DNA of 64,000 bases from Wickerhamiella versatilis. Lineage: Eukaryota. Numbering within the stretch: position 1 is the stretch's first letter; the number at the start of each line of letters is the position of its first letter. The stretch lies in the NCBI GenBank assembly GCA_030867685.1, contig JAQOWU010000008.1:2480001-2544000 (forward strand), written 5' to 3'. Below the pieces are notes generated by a model that did no database searches, was not told the origin of the DNA, and saw nothing but the letters and a program-made list of their open reading frames with translations. Of the stretch, positions 22,652 through 32,661 are shown piece by piece. Position numbers and translations under genes: made by a program.

Positions 22652-23731
22652 TTAAATATGAACGTATGCTCTCACAGCTTCGCCGAAGCTATAGAGAATC
22701 TCTTTCTGGAGAGTAATATACTGGGAGCCTCCGCCAAGTTTATCAAATGAGTTTTGGCGATGTTGGTATATGCCCGATGCCGTCCTCATTATTATAGAGG
22801 AGCTTGTACTTGCGACCTGTTCTGCCGAAGCCTGTATTTTTTGTAATGCATGGTTCATCATGCGCGCATCATAAACATTCACAGAACCTGATTGGGCTGC
22901 GACCACATCGTTTCCTGAACACGACAGTGAATGAATTGCAGAGGTTTTCATGGTCAAATTTCTATGCCGCGTCCGAAGATCATAGATGTCTAGCGAGTCT
23001 TTAGTTCCCAGCAACAAGCTATGCCCTGCCACACCAAACTCATTAGGACCATCACCTTCGCCATTAGATTTACCATATAGTGCTATAGCTTGAACACCTG
23101 GTGCAGACCATTCGTGTATAACTTGCGAACTCCCACACTCCCATAAAGCAACCGTGCTATCACTAGTACACAACGACAAGATATTCCTGCCGCGATCAAT
23201 CATCTCAACTGAATCCACCATGCCCCGTTGGTGCTGCATCGTCTGAGCCAGCCGTCCTGTACGCGCATCCCAAATCTTCATGGCAAAATCCATACCTGCA
23301 GACAAAATGACTTCAGTACTCGGAAAGAACTTTGCCACACTTGTATGTAGAATGTGGCCTTCGAAATCAATTCGAGACTGGGTATCAGGATCATATATGG
23401 CCAAAGAACCTTTGCTGTCTCCTGCCAGCACGCGGTTTGTTACTGGGTCGACATCTCCACAAGATTGTGGCATAAAAGGCGCCTCTAGGTATTTTCCCAG
23501 GATAAATCGAAATTTTCTATCAAACGATAATATGGAATTGTCATAGCACACTTCTAGACCTGGGCAGTCTAAACTTAGCCCTTTATTTGAACTCTTCGCA
23601 GTGACGGCATAATGAGACCCATTAAGTTCGACCCAAAATCTCTCTTCTCCCACCTTTCCCCTCACCACATCATCCAATACCTCGCCAACTGTCTCTTGGA
23701 TGTGGATATCTGGGAGGTCGCCTAGTGTCAT
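22652..23731 (-). CDS. RPN14: Proteasome base assembly chaperone Rpn14/PAAF1 (WD40)
   Basis: N-terminal LPDIHIQ...E.FWV, GHILHTSVAKFFPSTEVILSAGMDFAMKIW, IDRGRNILS and LWECGS. Confidence 0.85.
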   Translation of the reverse strand: MTLGDLPDIHIQETVGEVLDDVVRGKVGEERFWVELNGSHYAVTAKSSNKGLSLDCPGLEVCYDNSILSFDRKFRFILGKYLEAPFMPQSCGDVDPVTNRVLAGDSKGSLAIYDPDTQSRIDFEGHILHTSVAKFFPSTEVILSAGMDFAMKIWDARTGRLAQTMQHQRGMVDSVEMIDRGRNILSLCTSDSTVALWECGSSQVIHEWSAPGVQAIALYGKSNGEGDGPNEFGVAGHSLLLGTKDSLDIYDLRTRHRNLTMKTSAIHSLSCSGNDVVAAQSGSVNVYDARMMNHALQKIQASAEQVASTSSSIIMRTASGIYQHRQNSFDKLGGGSQYITLQKEILYSFGEAVRAYVHI

Positions 23732-24300
23732 GTAGGATTAAAAGCCTTACGATCTCGCTCCCATAAGTCGTAGTAGTGGCAAAACCAGTCAGGCCACCAG
23801 CACCTCTGTGGCAGTATGCAGGTATTTTCAGAAGCATTATCAATTGCATCCTCTGCTGTTAAAACTGGAGTCTCCACTAGCTCTATAAAAACTTCAGCAT
23901 TATAGCTTCCGCGTGGCCCAGCATAGGCAATGTATTCGCCGAGTATTGCCGAGAATGCCCAATGCTGTATTTTTCTTAGCAACCCAATAAATATGGTGGC
24001 ATCTAACACAAGCATGGGGTAGTTCCGGCGATCAAAAACATGGTGCATGGCCTCACCAACAAGCGTGCGGGACAAAACACGCCAGTCTGCAACTGATTGC
24101 CAAGGTTCTAAAGCAATGTGTATGAGTTTAATCATATTCTCCTCCGCAAATTGACGTAAAACTGGAAACGGCTCGCCTGGTGTAAAAACCATGATAGTTT
24201 GAAGCTGAAGATGTTGAAGGAACTCGAAATCTTCACTGCTTAATGACATCGCACGGTATATTCCAGGCTCGACGCTGCCGAAACTCTCAGGAGCCTGCAT
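23728..24300 (-). CDS. OCA4: Oca4-like Siw14/PFA-DSP family pseudophosphatase
   Basis: First ATG at 24300. PESFGSVEPGIYR and YPMLVLDATIFIGLLRKIQHW...EY...YNAEVFIELV. Lacks the HCxxGxxR catalytic loop, as Oca4 does. Confidence 0.78.
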   Translation of the reverse strand: MQAPESFGSVEPGIYRAMSLSSEDFEFLQHLQLQTIMVFTPGEPFPVLRQFAEENMIKLIHIALEPWQSVADWRVLSRTLVGEAMHHVFDRRNYPMLVLDATIFIGLLRKIQHWAFSAILGEYIAYAGPRGSYNAEVFIELVETPVLTAEDAIDNASENTCILPQRCWWPDWFCHYYDLWERDRKAFNPT

Positions 24301-25020
24301 TTTCCATAGCTTCACAGCGTGTGAAAATACTAGCCCTTACCCTGAAGAGGAAGACACCTACTAGATAGGTGGTGATCGAAAACACAGGACAAAAGTTGTC
24401 AAATTTTTGTATTCTAAGGATCAGTCGATTTAAATTGGGGCTATATCAACCCAATTATGTGCTTGTGACTTGCTAGGCGTGATGCCTCTGCCAGAGATAT
24501 ATACAAGGATGAGCCCAAAGAAAGGACCCCTACTAGACAAAACACCTATAAAGCATAAAGTCTAGGAATAAAGGAAACGAGCTGTTTACATAGTGACTCA
24601 TGACAAGCTCGAAATTTTGCTACTTTTTACGAACTACGGAATGGAAAGCAATAGCAAGAAAGAAAAAGGAACTTCGCGCCAATGGTATTTATGCGTATTC
24701 CTAAAATTACTCTGCTCTAATAGAATGCTTTCTAATATCAAGAAAATATATCACATGCCAATTCGAGGTTTAGGTAGATGCCGCGTTGCATCTTGAGACG
24801 TGTTTGTACTAATAATCCACACTTAGGAGAGGTGGATCGACGGATCAAAACCCTTGCCCATACCAGTCTAGGTGGCCTTGGGAAGTCTGCAAGAACCATA
24901 GAATGTTAAAAAAAGAATTATTTAATACTTACGACTAAAATTAGAGCGAATTTTTCAATATTACTGAATTTTTAAGTCCCAAAGAGTTGCCCGTGCAATA
25001 GCACCGATAAGGGAATGGCA

Positions 25021-25047
25021 CACGTCGCACGTGTCTGTAGCACGTGG
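25021..25047. promoter_or_regulatory. Cluster of E-boxes (candidate Pho4-type sites) upstream of BTA1
   Basis: CACGTC at 25021, CACGTG at 25028-25033 and CACGTG(G) at 25041-25046, 80-100 nt before the ATG. Confidence 0.65.
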
Positions 25048-25125
25048 TCGAGGGATACTCCACAAGCCACATATAGTGCTTTAAAGTGATTATAAACGAC
25101 AGCTCTGATTTCCTCAGAAGCATAG

Positions 25126-27384
25126 ATGTATTTGCTTGATTTCAATATCGATCTGCTGGTGACAGGTTTGGTGGCAGGTGTCGTGACATTCATATCATGG
25201 CACATGCGCCAGAGTTTGAAAACCTTGTTATCGTTCTGTTGGGGGTGCTTCTTTGCACCAATTGGACACAATGGTACCCAGCAAGATGCTTTAGAAAAGT
25301 TCTATTCGGGTCAAGCCTCTATTTACGATGCCACTCGTAAGAAGCTTTTGCAAGGACGAGAGATTATGCTCAGTTTGGCAAAATCGCATCTAATACGGTC
25401 TAATGGCCTTGTTTGGGTTGACCTCGGAGGTGGCACTGGATGGAATATTGAATATATGAATACCATTATGCCACTAGAGAAGCACTTCAGCGCTGTGCAT
25501 CTGGTGGACCTAAGCCCAAGTCTTTGCAAAGTCGCTGGAGAACGCATTAAAAAATTGGGTTTGGAAAAAACTGTGTTCGTGCACTGTTGCGATGTCAATG
25601 AGTTCGTCTTATCTGGCAAAAAAGCAGATTTTGTCTCTCTCTCTTATTCACTTTCAATGATACCAAACTACTTTGCAACTGTTGACAAGGTTTGCGACAT
25701 GTTAGATCCCAAATTTGGGATTACTGGTGTTGTAGACTTCTACACGCAGTCTCAATCAAACTACTCAACACCAACAAAGATATCGACGCTCGGTGGAGAG
25801 CTTTGGCGTCACGTGCCCTGGTTGTCTAGGACTTTCTGGCGCTTATGGTTCGAATTCGACCGTGTTTTCCTCGATCCTGCGCGTCGTGACTATCTGGAAT
25901 ATCGTATGGGTACAATCAAAAGCCTCAATCAACGTAATAATGGCCTTGGATTCATTCCTTACTACATATGGTTGGGGTGTGATAAGCTTCGTGCTCACGA
26001 TATTGAATATAGAAATCAGCTTGCAGTTGAGTCACCTGTATTGCTTGCATACGATAGAACTGGTGGTGATGGCCTGACACCGAGCACTCTTGAGCCCGAA
26101 AATACGCCCAAGTCAACCGGGCTTGAAGCCTCAATCGCTTGTGCTCAGCAAAACCTACCATTTCCGAGTTTCTTCTACCAAAGAGAAATTTGGAGAATGT
26201 TCTACGCACCGGCACCGACTGATGTACACTTTAGCAACCAATTTATTTACGCTTTCACATGGGAGGATCCACGGGCAGATCAGGAAATATTAAACCTCGG
26301 CTCTGACGATGTTGTATTGGCTATAACCTCCGCTGGAGATAATCTTCTGGCATATGCAGCGTTGGAGAACCCGCCTCGGAGGATTCATGGCGTTGACATG
26401 AACCCGTGTCAAGGCCATCTTGTAGAGCTCAAGCTTGCTGCTATGAAGACACTTGACTACGGGAAATTCTGGGAAATGTTCGGAATGGGTCGATCCTCAA
26501 CTTTCGAAGATGATCTCATAAACAAAATGGCGCCTCACATGTCCTCACAAGCATTTCAATGGTGGTTCAAGAGGGGTCCAAAAATATTCCGACAAGGTCT
26601 ATACGATCATAGTGGATCCACAAGGTGGGCATTGCGCTTGGCGCGTGCAGTATTTACCAAAGCTGGATTGACAAGCGATGTTGAGATGCTATGCACTAAA
26701 TGTCATAACCTGTCTGATCAAGTCCACCTTTGGCGAACACGAATCCGTCCAGCACTTTTAGAGTCACGGTGGGTTCGAACAATCATGTGCTGGCCTGTAT
26801 TCCTGTGGAAGGCTCTCGGGGTACCTATAAATCAGGCAGCACAGATAGAAAGCTCGTTATACGAGTATATAGTGGATACCCTCGATCCCATTGTCGAATC
26901 AAGTCTGATATCCGACGACAATTACTTCTACTATTTGACATTGATGGGTCACTATTCTCGTAATAATTGCCCCGACTACTTGTCGGAACGAGGGTACTTC
27001 AATCTCAAGCGTAAAAATTATGCTGCGCTCGATGGTATGAGAATTCATACTGACTCTATCAACAATGTAGTCTCCCGATTGACCCCGCATTCTGTGACAG
27101 TGGCGGTGATCATGGACCATTTAGACTGGTTTGGAAAAGAGGATGGCTATGAAGATGTAGAGGCAGAGGTGAAGATGCTCACGAAGGCTCTAGCTTCAGG
27201 AGGTCGGGTTATGCTTCGATCATCTGCAAAGAGGCCTTGGTATATAGACATCTTCGAGGCTCATGACTATCACTGCCATCCAGCAGCTGTTCGAGAGTCC
27301 GGTACTTTTATTGATCGTGTAAACATGTACGCCTCAACTTGGTTGTGCGAAAAGCCTGGAGCTATCAAAGAGCTGAAAATATAA
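25126..27384 (+). CDS. BTA1: Betaine lipid (DGTS) synthase: BtaB-like methyltransferase fused to BtaA/DUF3419
   Basis: QQDALEKFYSGQASIYDATR, WVDLGGGTG (SAM binding), IYAFTWED, ITSAGDN and DRVNMYAS. Confidence 0.94.
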   Translation: MYLLDFNIDLLVTGLVAGVVTFISWHMRQSLKTLLSFCWGCFFAPIGHNGTQQDALEKFYSGQASIYDATRKKLLQGREIMLSLAKSHLIRSNGLVWVDLGGGTGWNIEYMNTIMPLEKHFSAVHLVDLSPSLCKVAGERIKKLGLEKTVFVHCCDVNEFVLSGKKADFVSLSYSLSMIPNYFATVDKVCDMLDPKFGITGVVDFYTQSQSNYSTPTKISTLGGELWRHVPWLSRTFWRLWFEFDRVFLDPARRDYLEYRMGTIKSLNQRNNGLGFIPYYIWLGCDKLRAHDIEYRNQLAVESPVLLAYDRTGGDGLTPSTLEPENTPKSTGLEASIACAQQNLPFPSFFYQREIWRMFYAPAPTDVHFSNQFIYAFTWEDPRADQEILNLGSDDVVLAITSAGDNLLAYAALENPPRRIHGVDMNPCQGHLVELKLAAMKTLDYGKFWEMFGMGRSSTFEDDLINKMAPHMSSQAFQWWFKRGPKIFRQGLYDHSGSTRWALRLARAVFTKAGLTSDVEMLCTKCHNLSDQVHLWRTRIRPALLESRWVRTIMCWPVFLWKALGVPINQAAQIESSLYEYIVDTLDPIVESSLISDDNYFYYLTLMGHYSRNNCPDYLSERGYFNLKRKNYAALDGMRIHTDSINNVVSRLTPHSVTVAVIMDHLDWFGKEDGYEDVEAEVKMLTKALASGGRVMLRSSAKRPWYIDIFEAHDYHCHPAAVRESGTFIDRVNMYASTWLCEKPGAIKELKI

Positions 27385-27579
27385 ACTGTAACTTACCCAA
27401 ATTCGGTGACCTTATTCTTAAAAAAAATTAAAAAGATATCTCAACCCTTTAAATTAATCGCTATTTTCACTCACAACCAGCTTTTATTCATTGCAGTTTA
27501 AATAACAATATCATAAGGTTATTATACTATGTCAATACAAGTTTGCGGCTGCAAGGGACTATATAAATAGTACATTCAA

Positions 27580-28620
27580 TCAAGCAGACCATTCGACAGA
27601 CCAATGAAGAGTTTCTCCAGCCTTAAAAGGGACTACTTCCAGCCCATTACCATTGTCCAATTTCTCATCCACCTTATGCGGCCTTTTTACTAGGGTCAAC
27701 GTCGCTGGACTGAGGTGACTAGGATCCACATGGTAAAAACTCGAGCCAAAGTCTGTGACAAACCCTTTGAGCTTGTCCAACTTGCCTACAGAATCAAATA
27801 CTTCAGCCACAAGCGGTATAGCATCAGTCTGAGTAAAAACGCCAGCTGCCGCTCCCTTACCTTTTTCCTTGTTCTGAATTGGATGGGGAGCTGAATCCGA
27901 CCCAAAGAAAAACTTTGGGTTCCCAGAGGTTGCTGCATCTATAAGAGCCTGTCTATCACTGGGCATTTTGGCTACTGGCTTGCAGAAATTGTGCGAATTT
28001 CCACCCCAAGAATCGACAGTCAAATACAAGTGATGAGCAGTAATCGTCGCGGCAACAGTTGGTCCACATTTCTTTACTGCTTCTACAGCCGCTGCAGAGG
28101 TACAGTGCTCGAGGACAATTCTGAGCTTGGGAAACTTTTCATGAAGAGTTAGAAGAGTTGGCAAGAATTTCTCCTCGGCGTTAAGAACGTGTATTCCTCC
28201 ACTGCTGGGGCATTCACCATGAAGATTCAATACAATGTCTTGTTTCTCCATCTCTGCAAATACCGGATAATAAGGTTCATAAGATGCCACGCCATGATCG
28301 CTGTTCGTTGTTACACCAGCGGGGTAGCATTTTACTCCTTTGATGTTATGCTTTGCAGCACTTCGAATCGTATCTGGGGTGGTCGTAGGGTGCAGGTAAA
28401 GGGACATTAGGTAGCTTGTCCGTGGATCAATATTTTGTAGAGATTTGTGATATTCAACAACTCGCTCTGGCTCTGTGAGCGGAGGGACGAGATTGGGCAT
28501 CACAAAACACACACTGACACCACCAGAATGTACAGTTGGAGTGATAATTTCTTTCATTGGACCATCCCGTAAATGAACATGGAAATCACCAGGTTTCCCT
28601 AGTTCGATAGAATCTCCCAT
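27580..28620 (-). CDS. URA4: Dihydroorotase
   Basis: DFHVHLRDG, VMPNLVPP, KCYPAGVTTNS, EHCTS, FCKPVAK and GSDSAPH. Confidence 0.97.
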   Translation of the reverse strand: MGDSIELGKPGDFHVHLRDGPMKEIITPTVHSGGVSVCFVMPNLVPPLTEPERVVEYHKSLQNIDPRTSYLMSLYLHPTTTPDTIRSAAKHNIKGVKCYPAGVTTNSDHGVASYEPYYPVFAEMEKQDIVLNLHGECPSSGGIHVLNAEEKFLPTLLTLHEKFPKLRIVLEHCTSAAAVEAVKKCGPTVAATITAHHLYLTVDSWGGNSHNFCKPVAKMPSDRQALIDAATSGNPKFFFGSDSAPHPIQNKEKGKGAAAGVFTQTDAIPLVAEVFDSVGKLDKLKGFVTDFGSSFYHVDPSHLSPATLTLVKRPHKVDEKLDNGNGLEVVPFKAGETLHWSVEWSA

Positions 28621-28718
28621 TATGTAAGTGTAGTGGCTTACCGTGCACTCATTGATGCACAGTGTTTAATGTCAAGAGGCATATAATTTCGTATATAACA
28701 TCCTATCTTTTACTAAAA

Positions 28719-29684
28719 TTAAAATTTAGAGGCGAGCAATTCAAGCAGAGTCTCGGTATCCTGGGCGAACTTGCGAATACCCTCTCCAAGCTTCTCGTAG
28801 GCCATCTGGTCCTGGTTGAGATGCAAGGCGAACTTGGCAGGTTCATCCAAGAATGAAGCCTTCTCAATGCTGAGAGAAGCAGCCTTAGAAGCATCAAGCT
28901 TCAGAGGAACTGGCTCTGTAGAGTTGTATAGCTCCTCCAAGAGCTTTGGACTGATGGTCAGGTAGTCAACACCCGCCAACTCAGTAATCTCGCCTGTGTT
29001 ACGGAAAGAGGCGCCCATTACGATGGTCTTGTATCCGAACTTCTTGTAGTAGTCGAAAATGCTACGAACAGATTCGACACCTGGGTCATTCTCGGCACTG
29101 TAGGTCTTGTCGGTGTTAGCCTTGTACCAGTCAAGAATACGACCAACAAATGGACTAATCAATGTCGCTTGGGCCTCTGCTGCCGCAACGGCTTGCACGA
29201 ACGAGAAAAGAAGAGTCAGATTCACATGTACGCCATGCTTGGCCTCCAACTCCTTAGCGGCCTGAATACCTTCGTAGGTAGATGCGATCTTAATCAAGAC
29301 ACGCTCCTTAGAGATGCCCTTCTTAGCATACAAATCAATGATGCTAAGTGCCTTTTCAATTGTACCCTTGGTATCGTATGAGAGACGGGCATCAACCTCG
29401 GTAGAGACACGGCCCGGAACAATATCGAGAATCTTCGAGCCGAACTCCACAAGCAACTTGTCCAATGCTGCTGAAGCCTTCTCCTGCTTGCTTCCACCCT
29501 CGGTAGTCGATGCAACAGCATCGTCGATGAGTTTCGCGTATTCAGGCTTCTTGGCGGCAGCTAGAATAAGCGAGGGGTTGGTGGTAGCATCCTGTGGCTT
29601 GTATTTAGCAATCAGATCAAACTCACCGGTGTCGGTTACGACAACAGTACCAGTTTGTTTAAGTGCGTCAAGGCTCGAAACCAT
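28719..29684 (-). CDS. TAL1: Transaldolase
   Basis: [29 protein letters not shown] (Schiff-base Lys), [11 protein letters not shown] and MGASFRN. Confidence 0.98.
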   Translation of the reverse strand: MVSSLDALKQTGTVVVTDTGEFDLIAKYKPQDATTNPSLILAAAKKPEYAKLIDDAVASTTEGGSKQEKASAALDKLLVEFGSKILDIVPGRVSTEVDARLSYDTKGTIEKALSIIDLYAKKGISKERVLIKIASTYEGIQAAKELEAKHGVHVNLTLLFSFVQAVAAAEAQATLISPFVGRILDWYKANTDKTYSAENDPGVESVRSIFDYYKKFGYKTIVMGASFRNTGEITELAGVDYLTISPKLLEELYNSTEPVPLKLDASKAASLSIEKASFLDEPAKFALHLNQDQMAYEKLGEGIRKFAQDTETLLELLASKF

Positions 29685-30234
29685 TTCTTACGTGTCAAAT
29701 GACTATGGGCTCACCTACTGTTTTATATGCATCATGCTTGTATGACGTAATAATAGCCCACTTCCCGACCCCAAGGGTTGCTACTACCCTTAACGACAGG
29801 AAGATGCAGTGTGCTCGAGACGTTAATCAGGTCCTTAAATCTCGCGAATGTTTTACAAGTAGATCTTAAATGTTCTTTTCTGGTGATCTACCCCATTTTG
29901 CACAGAATTAAAAGTAAACATCATAAGTAATAACGTCACATGCAATCGAATGTTCTAAATTATAAACACTGGAATGATTTCTGGGTAGTTGGGTGGCAAA
30001 TGGCAAATAACAGATAACATAATATTCCGATCGAGTTTCCTTATTCTTACAGGAAATCAATTTGTGTAGAACAGTTTTTTTTTGAACTGCTTCCACATGG
30101 ATTAGACGAACATGGAGAGTAATAATTAAATTTATGTGATGGGTATAGGAAAGATCTACACTATTCTTCGGATCCATTAGCCAAGATTATCCGGGCGTGC
30201 CTATTATGCCCTGACATAGTTAGTCATCGAAGAA

Positions 30235-30975
30235 ATGGAGAAGCTGTTGAGATGGTCTATGGATGCTGCCCACTCGGGTAATGCGGGAGATCCGGATCCC
30301 AAGCTATTGGCTCAATTATTCGGTGCTCCTGGTGAACCAGATCAAATGAAGGAAGATCTGCGCTTTGTTGTGGAGAATACCGACGATTTGGGTAAAAGGG
30401 TTGAGTGCCTGGAAAATTTTGAAGAGTTGGTAGAGAGCATTGATAATGCAAATGAAATTGGGCTACTGTGGGAGCCTTTGCTGTATCTTGTCAATGACAA
30501 AGAGCCTCAAATTCGTACCCTGGCACTATCAGCAGTAGGTTCTGCGGTTCAGAACAACTCAAAAGCACAAGGTGATCTGGTGGCCACTAAGACTGGTGTA
30601 AATACTATTATGGAACATGTGTGTGAAAAAGATGGTGCCGTCGCAAATAAGGCAATATATGCCCTTGCTTCAGCTCTTGGTCACTGTCCAGCTGCATATG
30701 CACAATTTCGTGAAGCAAAGGGTTGGGAGCTGTTGCAGTATCTTTTCGATTCCCATTTCGATGCTCCTTATGGAGTTACAAAGCTACGTGGACGCGTACT
30801 AAGTGTATTGTATGCAGTGCTTCTCGCTGATCCCACCGACTCTATAAAGGAGTTGAATGCCACCAGCATCTGGTCCAAAATTAAAAAAGTAGAACCCGAG
30901 CTTGATGAGTCTCTTAAGGAGAGGATCACTCACATTCGCGAACTGCTGAACGATAAGGGATATAATAATGCCTAA
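30235..30975 (+). CDS. FES1: Hsp70 nucleotide exchange factor
   Basis: MEKLLRWS...PDPKLLAQLFG, LENFEELVESIDNAN and GSAVQNN armadillo-type motifs. Confidence 0.92.
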   Translation: MEKLLRWSMDAAHSGNAGDPDPKLLAQLFGAPGEPDQMKEDLRFVVENTDDLGKRVECLENFEELVESIDNANEIGLLWEPLLYLVNDKEPQIRTLALSAVGSAVQNNSKAQGDLVATKTGVNTIMEHVCEKDGAVANKAIYALASALGHCPAAYAQFREAKGWELLQYLFDSHFDAPYGVTKLRGRVLSVLYAVLLADPTDSIKELNATSIWSKIKKVEPELDESLKERITHIRELLNDKGYNNA

Positions 30976-31001
30976 ATACGCTTATATAATTTTCTCTCGC
31001 T

Positions 31002-31937
31002 ATGTCTGATCACGATCAAGCAGAAACTCGTCAAATAGTGGCAGCACTCAGTTCGGGACAGAGTACCCAAGACAGTATTCAAAGTGCGCAAGCAGAAATA
31101 GATCCACTCCTGCTTGAACAATTATCTGCTGCCGTGGGAAATTCTGAATCGTCTGCTCCGCCACCACCCCCTTCCGCTCAAGACCAGCAGACAGATGCTA
31201 ACGATTCTTATCATGGCGTCGATCTTGGAGTGGACGACCAGCTTCTGGTCGATTCTCTGAGATCAATCATAAGTGGTGAGCCTCAGAGTCAGTCTCAACT
31301 TGAACAGTCCAATACCGATAGAGACACTGTGCAGGCACTCCAGGCAGCCCTTCTCAATGCGGATACGACAGGCCGCACAAGCGAGGAAGGGCGTGATCGT
31401 ATGCGTGCTGATGCAAGGGAACGCAAGAGACGCTGGAGAGATTCTAACGTGGAGCGGAATAGGATGAACGACTTGCGTGCGCGGATCCATCGAAAGGCAG
31501 GTGAATTATTTGGCGAGGGCGATTCGCCCCAAAAAACGCATTGGATAAATCAAGAATTTATGAGACGTCGGGATCGGAGGGATAACTCGCCAAATCTTTA
31601 TGGCACGCCGCCTCTTGTTGATCGAAGGTCACTAACCAGACAACAGTTAGAAGTGGCGCAGGAAGAGATTAGCAGGCTCTTTCGCGAATCAAATGCAGCA
31701 CTTGAGCCGCGATTAAATGGGCTAAGAAGGGAAAACCCTGACACAATGCCTTATTTGCCGGAGTTGTTAACACGTACCCCAAACCGACCCAAGTTTACTA
31801 TCAACTATTCAGCACGGACACCTAAGAGCAAGATCAAGGTCTATTCTAATTCAATTGGCGTGTCGGGCGTTCCACCAAGGCTTCCAGAAATTATTGCTGA
31901 GCAGAAATCGCCTGTCTCTTCGCCTCAAGCAGAGTAA
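31002..31937 (+). CDS. DUF3020-domain fungal protein (basic, probably nuclear)
   Basis: RERKRRWRDSNVERNRMNDLRARIHRKAGELFG...WINQEFMRRR matches the fungal DUF3020 pattern. Confidence 0.8.
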   Translation: MSDHDQAETRQIVAALSSGQSTQDSIQSAQAEIDPLLLEQLSAAVGNSESSAPPPPPSAQDQQTDANDSYHGVDLGVDDQLLVDSLRSIISGEPQSQSQLEQSNTDRDTVQALQAALLNADTTGRTSEEGRDRMRADARERKRRWRDSNVERNRMNDLRARIHRKAGELFGEGDSPQKTHWINQEFMRRRDRRDNSPNLYGTPPLVDRRSLTRQQLEVAQEEISRLFRESNAALEPRLNGLRRENPDTMPYLPELLTRTPNRPKFTINYSARTPKSKIKVYSNSIGVSGVPPRLPEIIAEQKSPVSSPQAE

Positions 31938-32391
31938 TTTATAAAGTGAGCGACTCTAAAAGAGGGCTATCTCCAGTTGCATTCAATATTCGTTGCATCT
32001 TCTTCTGTTATACTTAGATACATTGCATTATTTATCATCATACAAATTTAGTATTAGTTCCGTGTTACAACTAGCAAAAACTTAAGACCCTAAATTTATC
32101 AAACTCTAACTGCAATATCATCTTGCGCATGCCCCAGTTTCTCATGTGCTGCTCTGAAATAGATTAGCTAGTATCAATTGAGCCGCAAGCCATTTTCTTT
32201 TTTTTTCTTGAAGCCTCTCTTCCGGCATTTTACTATTGCAGCTTCCCCCTTGCAGAAATGTAAATAGAGCACAAGGCCAAAAAAAGTCCCAGGCATAGGG
32301 TTACCGCACAAAGCATAATCAACGGAGCTGTTTACATATCCACTATAAAGTGCTTAGGGTGTAAGAGAAAAAGAAATAGTTTTTATTTTTC

Positions 32392-32661
32392 ATGTCTCGT
32401 CTTCTGCGTTTGTTAAGAGAGCCCAGCCCATCACCTGGATCTCGCGGCAATCGCAAGTCATGGGAGTCGCACCGTAGATCCTTGTCGGATTCTGGTAGTG
32501 CATTGTCGCAACTGTGCTTGCCCGACAAGGATCCCCCCTCATACGAGGAAGCGGCTGATGAGCCATTGCGTTATCAGAAACAACAGAAGAGACAACGTAG
32601 TTCGAAAATTATTTCGACAGAAGACGGCTTCTTAGGTAGCAAAATCTATCTATGTGACTAG
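32392..32661 (+). CDS. Small hypothetical protein with a PPxY (PY) motif
   Basis: 89-aa ATG ORF with more GC-rich coding-like composition in an otherwise empty 1.2-kb gap. Contains DPPSYEEA and RRSLS. Confidence 0.55.
   Translation: MSRLLRLLREPSPSPGSRGNRKSWESHRRSLSDSGSALSQLCLPDKDPPSYEEAADEPLRYQKQQKRQRSSKIISTEDGFLGSKIYLCD

Noticed and set aside
23728-23750. Programmed -1 frameshift fusing OCA4 to RPN14
   Set aside because: No X-XXY-YYZ slippery heptamer, and a TAA in the RPN14 frame three codons upstream of its ATG.
24641-24908. Possible spliced small gene (GTAGAT...TACTAAT...TTAG) in the OCA4-BTA1 gap
   Set aside because: Weak donor, and the spliced product resembles nothing I recognise; unsupported without RNA data.
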